DNA from: an uncultured Chloroflexia bacterium
Lineage (GTDB): Bacteria; Chloroflexota; Chloroflexia; Thermomicrobiales; UBA6265
Length of the DNA stretch: 64,000 bases
Direction: 5' to 3'
Assembly (NCBI GenBank): GCA_963750275.1
Contig: CAVVQC010000011.1
Location: forward strand, 152,880 to 216,879
The notes under the pieces were generated by a model. The model saw only the letters and a program-made list of their open reading frames with translations, had not been told where the DNA came from and searched no databases. Shown here in pieces: positions 9,800 through 17,540 of the stretch (position 1 is the first letter of the stretch; each line of letters begins with the position of its first letter). The translations under genes were made by a program, and so were the position numbers.

Positions 9800-9828
9800 G
9801 TCATTCTGAGCGAAGCGAAGAATCTCTC
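9800..9828 (+). repeat. Copy of a dispersed intergenic repeat (core GTCATTCTGAGCGAAGCGAAGAATCTC)
   Basis: GTCATTCTGAGCGAAGCGAAGAATCTCTC. The same core is seen at 16297, 16354, 17376, 17462, 48222 and 48319. Confidence 0.85.
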
Positions 9829-10027
9829 ACGGTGTGGCGCCGAAACCCGATCGTCGCCGGCGTGCACTTCATTTCGCAACCGCTTTAGCGCCTTTTGCCT
9901 TTGGCTCCAAAAGGGCAGAGACGCCCTCATCCACAATTGGGTGACTCCGGTCCCGTCCATTGCACTGATCCCAGAGGTGCGGCATCCTGCCGGTAGCATT
10001 CGACGCCGATATTCAGGGGGAAGATCA

Positions 10028-11017
10028 ATGTCTCGACATCCATGGGTTGCGCAAGCCGACAATGGCGTTCGTTGGGGCATGCAGGTTGTAGTCCCGGCCC
10101 GGCGGGACGCGTTGCCGAAACTGATGGGCGTAGCCCGCCAGATGGAAGAGCTCCGCTTCGATTCGATGTTCGTCATGGATCATCCCGCCCTGCATGCCGA
10201 TCCGTATATCGCGCTTGCCGGGGCCGCCGCTGTCACGGAAAAACTCCACCTCGGGCAACTCGTCATGGCGGCCACCTATCGGCATCCGGCCTTTGTCGCC
10301 CGCATGCAGGCAGATCTGGACAATCTTTCCAACGGCCGCTCGATCCTCGGGGTCGGTTCCGGGTGGTTCGAAGCCGAGTACAAAATGATGGATCTCGACT
10401 TTCCCCCGATCGGCCGTCGCCAGAGGGACCTGGACGAGCTGATAGCCGCGGTCGACGGGCTTTGGAGTGGTGAGCCGTTCACCCACCATGGGGAGACCTT
10501 CCAGGTGGATGCGATGCAGATCGATCCCGCCCCTGCGCGGCGTCCTCCTGTGCTGGTGGGCGGAAGCGGCAAGAAAGGCACCTTGCGCCAAGTGGCAACC
10601 TGGGCCGACGCCTGTAATGTTGAGGAAGAGTTAAAGCTAAATAATCCTGGTGCCACCGACGCGCAACGATTCGAACAAGTCGCGGAGATCTACGCTGCGC
10701 TCGACGGACACCTCGATGATCTCGGACGCCCACGCAACGAAGTCCTGAAATCCCACTTCACCACGATGCTGGTACTCGCTCCCACCCAGGAGGAAGCCGA
10801 TCAGCGTGCCGATGCCATCGATACGTCGAAATCCACCTCTGCCGGCGCCCGTAGCCGGGGGCGCAATTTCCTGGCGTCTGCTTCGGTCGATCGCGCCGTC
10901 GCCTACTACCAGGGATTGCGCGAGGCTGGTGCGCAGTACTTTGTCGTACAAGTCAATCAGGACGACGAGGAGACGATGCTCCTGCTCGCCAACGCCGTTA
11001 TCCCAAACGTGGAGTAG
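10028..11017 (+). CDS. Luciferase-like monooxygenase (LLM) family oxidoreductase, possibly F420-dependent
   Basis: Track ORF 9740..11017, but its first 96 codons read through the intergenic repeat. GGGGGAAG precedes the ATG at 10028 (MSRHPWVAQ...). Motifs: FDSMFVMDHP, GVGSGWFEAEY, PPVLVGGSGKKGTLR. Confidence 0.8.
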   Translation: MSRHPWVAQADNGVRWGMQVVVPARRDALPKLMGVARQMEELRFDSMFVMDHPALHADPYIALAGAAAVTEKLHLGQLVMAATYRHPAFVARMQADLDNLSNGRSILGVGSGWFEAEYKMMDLDFPPIGRRQRDLDELIAAVDGLWSGEPFTHHGETFQVDAMQIDPAPARRPPVLVGGSGKKGTLRQVATWADACNVEEELKLNNPGATDAQRFEQVAEIYAALDGHLDDLGRPRNEVLKSHFTTMLVLAPTQEEADQRADAIDTSKSTSAGARSRGRNFLASASVDRAVAYYQGLREAGAQYFVVQVNQDDEETMLLLANAVIPNVE

Positions 11018-11103
11018 TCATTTTCCCTGGAGCCGTCCGGAACCAAACGAGCGGCTGCATATGCAACCGCTCGTTCATCGATGCAGTGGATTGGCCATGT
11101 CGT

Positions 11104-11217
11104 TTACTCGAACGACGATTCTGGCCAATGCTCTTCGACCGTATTGTTCCGGTCGAGTGGGGGAGTAATCCCCAGGACAATCGCGATTACCAGGACAACT
11201 ATCACCAATTCCAACAT
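11104..11217 (-). CDS. Unlisted 37-aa hydrophobic small protein (below the track cutoff)
   Basis: Minus strand reads GGAGGAcgataATG, encoding MLELVIVVLVIAIVLGITPPLDRNNTVEEHWPESSFE then TAA. Strong RBS, one predicted TM helix, 29 nt downstream of the 75-aa ORF. Confidence 0.4.
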   Translation of the reverse strand: MLELVIVVLVIAIVLGITPPLDRNNTVEEHWPESSFE

Positions 11218-11246
11218 TATCGTCCTCCATTGGCTCCCATTTCAGG

Positions 11247-11474
11247 TTAACCGTGGGCCTCAGTCAGTCGTCGCCTCGAAAGATCCTCGCGCGCTGCCTC
11301 TGAGAGGAATCGCGCCGTTGCCTTGATGCCGCCGAACCAGCTCAGCTTGCTGACTTGGCCAGGCGATCGCGCCTCGGCAATGGAACGATGATGACGAATC
11401 ATCATGTGCCGCTCCCGCTCGAGTCCCAACTCCTGCGCAAGCACGGTCGCTCGCAAAATATCGTACCCACTCAT
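11247..11474 (-). CDS. Hypothetical 75-aa protein
   Basis: AAGGGGA lies about 7 nt upstream of the ATG at 11474. No recognisable motif. Confidence 0.45.
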   Translation of the reverse strand: MSGYDILRATVLAQELGLERERHMMIRHHRSIAEARSPGQVSKLSWFGGIKATARFLSEAAREDLSRRRLTEAHG

Positions 11475-11764
11475 GTTCGTTTCCCCTTAGCTTGCGCCGA
11501 TTCCAATTTCCCGGCGCCGTCAAATAGATTTGGAGGGTGGACCCGGAGTTGCCCGCTTCGCTTAGTGGTTTCGGTCTCGGTCCGTCTTATCTGCCGGTAC
11601 CATTTCCATGCGAGCCCCGTGTCCGCGCTCCCAACACCATAATCCGCCTTTTCGATCGCCGGGACATCGGCAGAATTACTGATTTTTTGTGCATGCGTCC
11701 GGGTAGGATTGCGTAGATCCCCTACGACAACCCACGCAATCCTGCGTAGCTGATGTGTGCGTGT

Positions 11765-12580
11765 CTAACGATCCCGGTACCAGAACGATCCCCGCAGGAT
11801 CGGCACAAATCCCAATCGCTCGTAAATCGGGCGCCCTTCATCGCTGGAGAAAAGCACCGCTGGGAGCCCCAGTTCTGGTCGCGCTGCGGCTTGTGTTACC
11901 GCCAGCCCCATTCCCTTGCGACGTGCTTCTGGAACGGTGGCAACCATAATGACATCGACGATTCCGGCTTCGACCAGACTCCCCGCCGCTGCCACTGGCT
12001 CGTTGTCGAGATATCCGAGCCAGGCTGCGAATCGATCGTCCTGGAGCATGTCGGAATGGAAAAGCGTTCCTGACGCTGTCCCGCGCATCTCCTGGAAGTC
12101 GAACCCGTCGATCATGATCTTTTCGAGAAGAGCGAGCTCGTCGCTGCTCCGTACCGGTTCGACCCGAATGTCGGTGGGAATGAGACTGGAAAATGGGCTA
12201 CGGAGCTGCAACGGCGGATGCCCGGCCAGCGTCCATCCCCAGGCCGAGAGGTCGGGAGTCGGCAAAGGACTGTAGAGGGCAACGAAACCAGTCGCGCCTG
12301 GTTGCCCGAACAGACTTTCGAGCTCAGTCATTGTTCGATCGAGGTTAGACGTTGTCAGCGGCTGTCGAAGTAACCCAAAGTTAAGCATCGAAGCAGGCCG
12401 CCCGCTGTCGACGGCAATATAGCGTTCGTTCTCGACCACGGTCGCACCGAGAGCATTTCCCGTCAGTCGTTGAAACGCGGTCTGCGCCTGAAGAAATTGA
12501 CGAACGACGGTGTCAGTCTCAGGAGCGTCGAGCTCCCACCCGGTCAGTGGTCCACGTTGTGCGCCGGTCTCGTCGGTCAT
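11765..12580 (-). CDS. GNAT-family N-acetyltransferase
   Basis: AAGGAG lies 8 nt upstream of the ATG at 12580. C-terminal acetyl-CoA motif: IMVATVPEARRKGMGLAVTQAA ... IYERLGF. Confidence 0.75.
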   Translation of the reverse strand: MTDETGAQRGPLTGWELDAPETDTVVRQFLQAQTAFQRLTGNALGATVVENERYIAVDSGRPASMLNFGLLRQPLTTSNLDRTMTELESLFGQPGATGFVALYSPLPTPDLSAWGWTLAGHPPLQLRSPFSSLIPTDIRVEPVRSSDELALLEKIMIDGFDFQEMRGTASGTLFHSDMLQDDRFAAWLGYLDNEPVAAAGSLVEAGIVDVIMVATVPEARRKGMGLAVTQAAARPELGLPAVLFSSDEGRPIYERLGFVPILRGSFWYRDR

Positions 12581-12714
12581 TGGGTCGGCTCCTTGGTTGC
12601 AATCTGGAATGAGGGTTGAAGCGCGGTTCCATCCTATCGCCTCCCGGGTGCGTTTGCCCCGAGTGTGATTGAATGAACGAACGTGGCCGGAATCGTTCGC
12701 GCCGGAGGAAGCTC

Positions 12715-13314
12715 ATGCATATTCGTTCGATGGTCATGGTGCTCGCATGCGTTGGCGCGCTTGTGTGTGTTCCCGTTGCCGCCCAGGAGGCCACCCCAGT
12801 CGTGGCCATTCCTGATCCCGCGCTCTGTACCCTCAACCCGCTCACGCTGAGCGACTTGCAGCGGATCGCGGACATCACCACGACTCCGTCGCCGACCTCG
12901 ACTCCGATCACCGGCAACATCGTGTTACCAGATGGAGAAGAGCTGTTCACATCGGAACGAGCAGAAATCGAAAAGGACATCACGCGGGCCATCGCCTGCG
13001 TCAATACAGGGGAACCGCTCAAAGCGCTGGCTGCCTATACCGACAACTGGATTGGCCAATTCCTTCTCGCCCAGGGCGGTCTGGACGACGAGTTGATTGC
13101 CGGGCTGCAAGTCGATCGTGACCTTCAGCCAGCGCAATATCTGCAAATCCTCTCTTTCGGCGACGGCGCCCGCATGGGTGACGGCCGGGTGGCTATCGTC
13201 GTAGTCGGAGACGACCCTGCCGATGACCGGGAACCCCAGGCACGGCTCTTCGTGATGGACGAAGTCAAACCGGGTCGCTTTCTCATCGACGAAGTCGTGC
13301 CCATCGAGAGTTAA
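12715..13314 (+). CDS. Secreted hypothetical protein (possibly NTF2/SnoaL-like fold)
   Basis: Track ORF starts at 12673. GGAGGAA at 12704-12710 favours the ATG at 12715 (MHIRSMVMVLACVGALVCVPVAAQEA is a signal peptide). Start choice is uncertain. Confidence 0.6.
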   Translation: MHIRSMVMVLACVGALVCVPVAAQEATPVVAIPDPALCTLNPLTLSDLQRIADITTTPSPTSTPITGNIVLPDGEELFTSERAEIEKDITRAIACVNTGEPLKALAAYTDNWIGQFLLAQGGLDDELIAGLQVDRDLQPAQYLQILSFGDGARMGDGRVAIVVVGDDPADDREPQARLFVMDEVKPGRFLIDEVVPIES

Positions 13315-13626
13315 CCAGACGCGCTTGACAATTAAGATCATTTGTTCTAATGCGAGAGCAAGCGGCACGTTTGGCGTAGGGCAGGAACTCCGTGTCCTGC
13401 CGGCCTGGGCAGCAGATCATCGTGCCCGGGCTGGTTACCCGTCATCCTCACTCGGTGCTGGATCCCGGCTTCTGCAGAGCGTCACGGTCGATCCCACCGC
13501 TCTTCCTTCACACCCACCGTCGTAGTCGAGGGCGTATCTGCCCTCTCTTTCCCAGCTGGTTCGACCTGGGGAAACCTGGCTCGTATTGCTCTCATTCACG
13601 AGCGGCGTCTCGCCCGAAAACACGAA

Positions 13627-13653
13627 CCGGGGCGGCCGATCTGGCCGCCCCGG
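13627..13653. terminator. Bidirectional GC-rich hairpin terminator between convergent genes
   Basis: CCGGGGCGGCC (13627-13637), loop GATCT, GGCCGCCCCGG (13643-13653). T-rich on both sides: + strand TGTTCGTTTC, - strand TTCGTGTTTTC. Confidence 0.75.
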
Positions 13654-13681
13654 TGTTCGTTTCACGTTCTGCGACGTTCGC

Positions 13682-14503
13682 TTACTGCGGAATAATCGGA
13701 TCGTAGATCACGATACCGGAGTCCATCGGAAGCGCCAGCGCAAGTTGCCCATCGCGGATGACGAAGCTACTGACCTGGGACAGATCATCTGCATAGGCCG
13801 AGTCCTGCGAATCATCACCGCAGAACATGCGGGTCGTTGCCAGCATCATGGTGATCTGGTTGCCGTCGGTCGTATAGCTGCCGAAGGCGTGGTTGCAATC
13901 GATCATACCGACGACCGATCCATCTGGCGAGAAGCTAAGCTGGAATGTTTCTGGAGTCTTCGGCGTCACGAGCGCACCGTTGCTCATCTGGGTTTCAGAC
14001 CATTGCCAGACCACACCGGTGATGGATGCATCGAAGGTGAGATCGGTGCCATCGTCGGTCGTGAGGACCAGCACATCACTGGCGCCGCTCTGGTCCATCG
14101 ACCAGCTGGTGACCGAAGAAAGCGCGTCGGTGAACTCGCTTCCCTGGCCGCCCTCCGGGCACATCATCAAAGTCGTGCCGAGCGGACCAAGCGTCAGGCT
14201 GGAACCATCGATCTCATAGCTGCCAAACCCACCGTTGCAATCGGCGCGGAAGCTGAATCCACCATCCGGCAGGAACTGCACCCAATACTCACTACCGAGC
14301 GCAATCGCATCCTGATTTGATCTGCTAGAACTGGACGTCGGCTCGAAGTCATTCGACATCCAGACGATTGGTGGAATCGCTGCTCCCGCCTCAGGCGATG
14401 CCACGGGCGAGGCGACTGGTGACGCATCCTGCGCCATCGCACCTCCAAATGTGCCAATGGCTGCGACGATCGCGAGCCCAAGCGTTGCGAGAAATCGCTT
14501 CAT
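13682..14503 (-). CDS. Secreted protein with two META (HslJ-like) domains
   Basis: AGGGGG precedes the ATG at 14503 (MKRFLATLGLAIVAAIGTFGGAMAQ). Two repeats have the pattern CN...GSY..DG..L(T)...L.TT.M.C. Confidence 0.75.
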   Translation of the reverse strand: MKRFLATLGLAIVAAIGTFGGAMAQDASPVASPVASPEAGAAIPPIVWMSNDFEPTSSSSRSNQDAIALGSEYWVQFLPDGGFSFRADCNGGFGSYEIDGSSLTLGPLGTTLMMCPEGGQGSEFTDALSSVTSWSMDQSGASDVLVLTTDDGTDLTFDASITGVVWQWSETQMSNGALVTPKTPETFQLSFSPDGSVVGMIDCNHAFGSYTTDGNQITMMLATTRMFCGDDSQDSAYADDLSQVSSFVIRDGQLALALPMDSGIVIYDPIIPQ

Positions 14504-14730
14504 AGATCGAACCCCCTGTATGCCTCGAAAATGGTCGGCGCGGGAATCTGCCATTCAGCCGCGTTCATTGCTGTGAACGATGGAACGGGCTGAACGGTTC
14601 CCCAGTATGACCGGTTTGCGACCGGCAAACCCGCAAGCATGAGCGCGTGCTTTTCGTACCATGGCTACAATTCACGATTGTGATTGTTTGGATCGAACGA
14701 TTCGTTCGCTAGCCATCGTCTCGAGGACCC

Positions 14731-16260
14731 ATGACCAACCCGACCATTGCGATCGATCGCCCTGTCCGCGTGCGCTATGCCCCCAGCCCAACCGGGTTGC
14801 TCCATGTTGGAGGAGCTCGTACGACGCTGTTTAACTGGCTTTTTGCCAAAGGTGAGGCGGAACGGCTCGGTTTCGGCGGAACCATGATTCTGCGCATCGA
14901 GGATACCGATCGCAATCGCCTGGTCGAAGGGGCAACCGAGGGCATCCTGGACGTTCTCTACTGGTTCGGGATCGACTGGGACGAAGGACCAGATGTCGGC
15001 GGCCCGCATGGTCCGTATATCCAGAGTGAGCGTCTGTCGCTCTATCAGCAGGGCGCGCAGCAGTTGATCGACGCGGGCATGGCCTATCGTTGTTTCTGCT
15101 CCTCCGAGCGACTTCAGCAGTTGCGCGAGGAGCAGCGCCAGAAGGGCCTGCCCACGGGATATGACCGGCACTGCCGCAATCTGTCCCAGTCGGAAATCGA
15201 CGCCAAGCTCGAGTCCGGGGCGGGCTACGTCGTTCGCTTTGCGATGCCGCGCGAGGGAACCACGTCGGTCTACGATCTCATCCGCGGCGAGTCGATCTTC
15301 CAGAACGTCAATCTGGAAGACCTGGTCCTCCTCAAGACCGATGGCTATCCGACCTATCACCTGGCCAATGTCATCGACGATCACGACATGCAGATCACGC
15401 ACATCATGCGCGGGGATGAGTGGATTCCGACCGCGCCGGTCCATGTCCGCCTCTACGCCGCCTTCGGATGGGACCCTCCCGCCATAGCCCACATGCCGCT
15501 CATTCTGGCGCCAGGCGGCGGGAAACTCTCCAAGCGGCACGGATCGACTTCTATGGAGGAGTTCCGCACGCAGGGATACCTTCCCGAAGCATTGATGAAC
15601 TACCTGGCATTACTGGGCTGGAGCCTGGACGGCACTACCGAAATCTTCTCCAAAGCTGAACTTTTGGAGAAGTGGTCGCTGGAGCGCGTCAGCCCCTCGC
15701 CGGCCACCTTCGACTACGACAAGCTGCGCTGGTTCAACCAGCAGTACATCAATCACATCCTCGATCTGGACGACCTAACCACCCGGGTCGTGCCCTACCT
15801 GATCGATGCCGGACTGGTGTCCGAGGCTGCTCGTGATGCGTCGTCTCACGAATATGCCCGCGTGCGTGACGTCACCAGTGTGCTGAAAGACCGGCTCGTC
15901 CTTTTGAGCGACGCTCCGGAATTGATGTCGTTCTTCGTCAAAGACGAGCTCGACGCCTACGATTCTGCCCTGCTTATCCCGAAGAAAACCGATGCCTCGC
16001 AGGCGCTTGCGGCGCTAAAGGGTTCGCTGACCGTTTTCGAGGCTGGCACGGTCGCCGATGAGACGGCCATCGAAACCGCCCTGCGCGCGCTGGCGGAAGA
16101 GCTTGGATTGAAAGCGGGTCAACTCTTCATGCCGATCCGCGTAGCGATCACTGGCCGCACCGAATCTCCCGGACTCTTCGAGACCTTGCGGGTCATTGGC
16201 GACGAGCGGGTCCGCAGCCGCATCCGCACGGCCATCGCAGCTCTCGAGACCGCCGCCTAG
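14731..16260 (+). CDS. gltX: Glutamate--tRNA ligase
   Basis: RVRYAPSPTGLLHVGGARTTLFNWLFA (HIGH region), KLSKRHG (KMSKS), DDHDMQITHIMRGDEW. Confidence 0.95.
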   Translation: MTNPTIAIDRPVRVRYAPSPTGLLHVGGARTTLFNWLFAKGEAERLGFGGTMILRIEDTDRNRLVEGATEGILDVLYWFGIDWDEGPDVGGPHGPYIQSERLSLYQQGAQQLIDAGMAYRCFCSSERLQQLREEQRQKGLPTGYDRHCRNLSQSEIDAKLESGAGYVVRFAMPREGTTSVYDLIRGESIFQNVNLEDLVLLKTDGYPTYHLANVIDDHDMQITHIMRGDEWIPTAPVHVRLYAAFGWDPPAIAHMPLILAPGGGKLSKRHGSTSMEEFRTQGYLPEALMNYLALLGWSLDGTTEIFSKAELLEKWSLERVSPSPATFDYDKLRWFNQQYINHILDLDDLTTRVVPYLIDAGLVSEAARDASSHEYARVRDVTSVLKDRLVLLSDAPELMSFFVKDELDAYDSALLIPKKTDASQALAALKGSLTVFEAGTVADETAIETALRALAEELGLKAGQLFMPIRVAITGRTESPGLFETLRVIGDERVRSRIRTAIAALETAA

Positions 16261-16296
16261 CGTAAGCTCGGTGCAGGGTATCGCGCGTAAACGAGC

Positions 16297-16380
16297 GAGA
16301 TTCTTCACCTCATTCGGAATGACAATGGCTGAGCATCGCCACTTCCTCGCAATGTCATCCTGAGGTGCGAAGGATCTCCC
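16297..16380. repeat. Inverted pair of the dispersed repeat immediately after gltX; can fold as a long imperfect hairpin
   Basis: 16297-16323 GAGATTCTTCACCTCATTCGGAATGAC is the reverse orientation. 16354-16380 GTCATCCTGAGGTGCGAAGGATCTCCC is the forward orientation. Confidence 0.8.
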
Positions 16381-16419
16381 TGCCGATATTGGAAACTGTG
16401 GCCCGGAAAGAAGGAAACC

Positions 16420-17307
16420 ATGAAACGTCTCGCAGCCATCCTTTTGCTCATTGCCGTCGTCGGTTTGCCATCCGCGGCGAGTGCAGCGACGCCGGTCGCC
16501 ACCCCAACCGGCTACGCCCATCCTGACTGGCTGGCCGATTCCACCTGGCTTGCGGAACATCTCGACGACAGCAATATCGCGGTTATCGCGCTTACGCCTC
16601 CGGAAGACTTCGCGCAAGGGCACATTCCCGGTGCCGTGCAGGTAGATTGGCCCGATCTGGCCCTGAGTGAGTCGGCGCAGATCGCGGACTGGCGCACGCA
16701 AATGGAAGCGTTGTTGACGAAGCTCGGTATCGAGCGCACCGACACCGTGGTGATCTACGATGGCGGCACGATCTATGCACCCCGCCTCTGGTGGATCCTC
16801 TATCAGCTCGGTCATCAGGACATCCGGATACTGAACGGTGGACTCCCCGCCTGGAGCGCGGCAGGACTGGCAGTGGAAACCGGATCGGTTACACCGCAAC
16901 CGGCCGCTGAGCCATATGTTGGCGTGCCGAACGATGACGCCATTGCGACAGTCGACGAAGTGGTCGCAGTGTTGGACGATCCCAATACGGTGCTCGTCGA
17001 CGCACGTTCGAAGGACGAGTTTTCGCAGGGTCACATCCCGGGGGCTGTGTTGTTCCCCTTCACCGAGGTCGCCGAATCGGGGCAGCCACCGTTCTGGAAA
17101 TCGGCCGAACAGCTCCAGTCGGAATTCGCGGCCCTTGGCGTCACGCCCGACAAACAGGTGATCCCGTATTGCTCGACCGGCGTTCGCTCCGCTGCGCTCT
17201 ACTTCACCTTGCGTCTCATCGGTTACGACAACGTCTCGCTCTTTAGCGGCTCATATGCCGAGTGGACCGCCGACCCATCCAGACCGGTTGAGACAGGGGC
17301 CGAGTAA
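16420..17307 (+). CDS. Secreted tandem-rhodanese sulfurtransferase
   Basis: AAGGA RBS. Signal peptide MKRLAAILLLIAVVGLPSAASA. Two rhodanese halves (GHIPGAV x2). Active-site loop YCSTGVRSA. Confidence 0.85.
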   Translation: MKRLAAILLLIAVVGLPSAASAATPVATPTGYAHPDWLADSTWLAEHLDDSNIAVIALTPPEDFAQGHIPGAVQVDWPDLALSESAQIADWRTQMEALLTKLGIERTDTVVIYDGGTIYAPRLWWILYQLGHQDIRILNGGLPAWSAAGLAVETGSVTPQPAAEPYVGVPNDDAIATVDEVVAVLDDPNTVLVDARSKDEFSQGHIPGAVLFPFTEVAESGQPPFWKSAEQLQSEFAALGVTPDKQVIPYCSTGVRSAALYFTLRLIGYDNVSLFSGSYAEWTADPSRPVETGAE

Positions 17308-17375
17308 TAGGCAACTGACAATGCGATCTCGTCTTCTGAAGGGCAAAGTTCGATCTAGCCAGACGCTACATCGCT

Positions 17376-17489
17376 GTCTTTCTGAACGAAGTGAAGAATC
17401 TCACTCGTCGGACGCTCCCGAAAACTCTGCCGCAGGAACACAACGAGTTCTCGTGGACAAGCTGTTGAGCGAAGTGAAGAATCTTTCTC
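17376..17489 (+). repeat. Two direct copies of the dispersed repeat after the rhodanese gene
   Basis: 17376-17406 GTCTTTCTGAACGAAGTGAAGAATCTCACTC and 17462-17489 CTGTTGAGCGAAGTGAAGAATCTTTCTC. Confidence 0.8.
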
Positions 17490-17540
17490 GCTGAAGCAAC
17501 CCCATGTCACGGTGAAGGACCGAAATGCGCTGCTCGCTTC

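Noticed and set aside
9740-10027. N-terminal 96-codon extension of the LLM oxidoreductase ORF
   Set aside because: It reads through the dispersed repeat (…FVILSEAKNLS…) and a terminator region. A good RBS precedes the internal ATG at 10028.
10806-11180. Two overlapping ORFs on opposite strands that both encode ...ERLHMQPLV...
   Set aside because: This is a mirror-image artefact of the palindromic hairpin AACGAGCGG...CCGCTCGTT (11046-11075). Neither is protein-like.
11705-11743. 10-bp inverted repeat (AGGATTGCGT/ACGCAATCCT) as the terminator of the GNAT gene
   Set aside because: On the minus-strand transcript the hairpin is followed by an A-run, not a U-run. It may be a protein-binding site or leader structure for the small-ORF pair instead. 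Not called.
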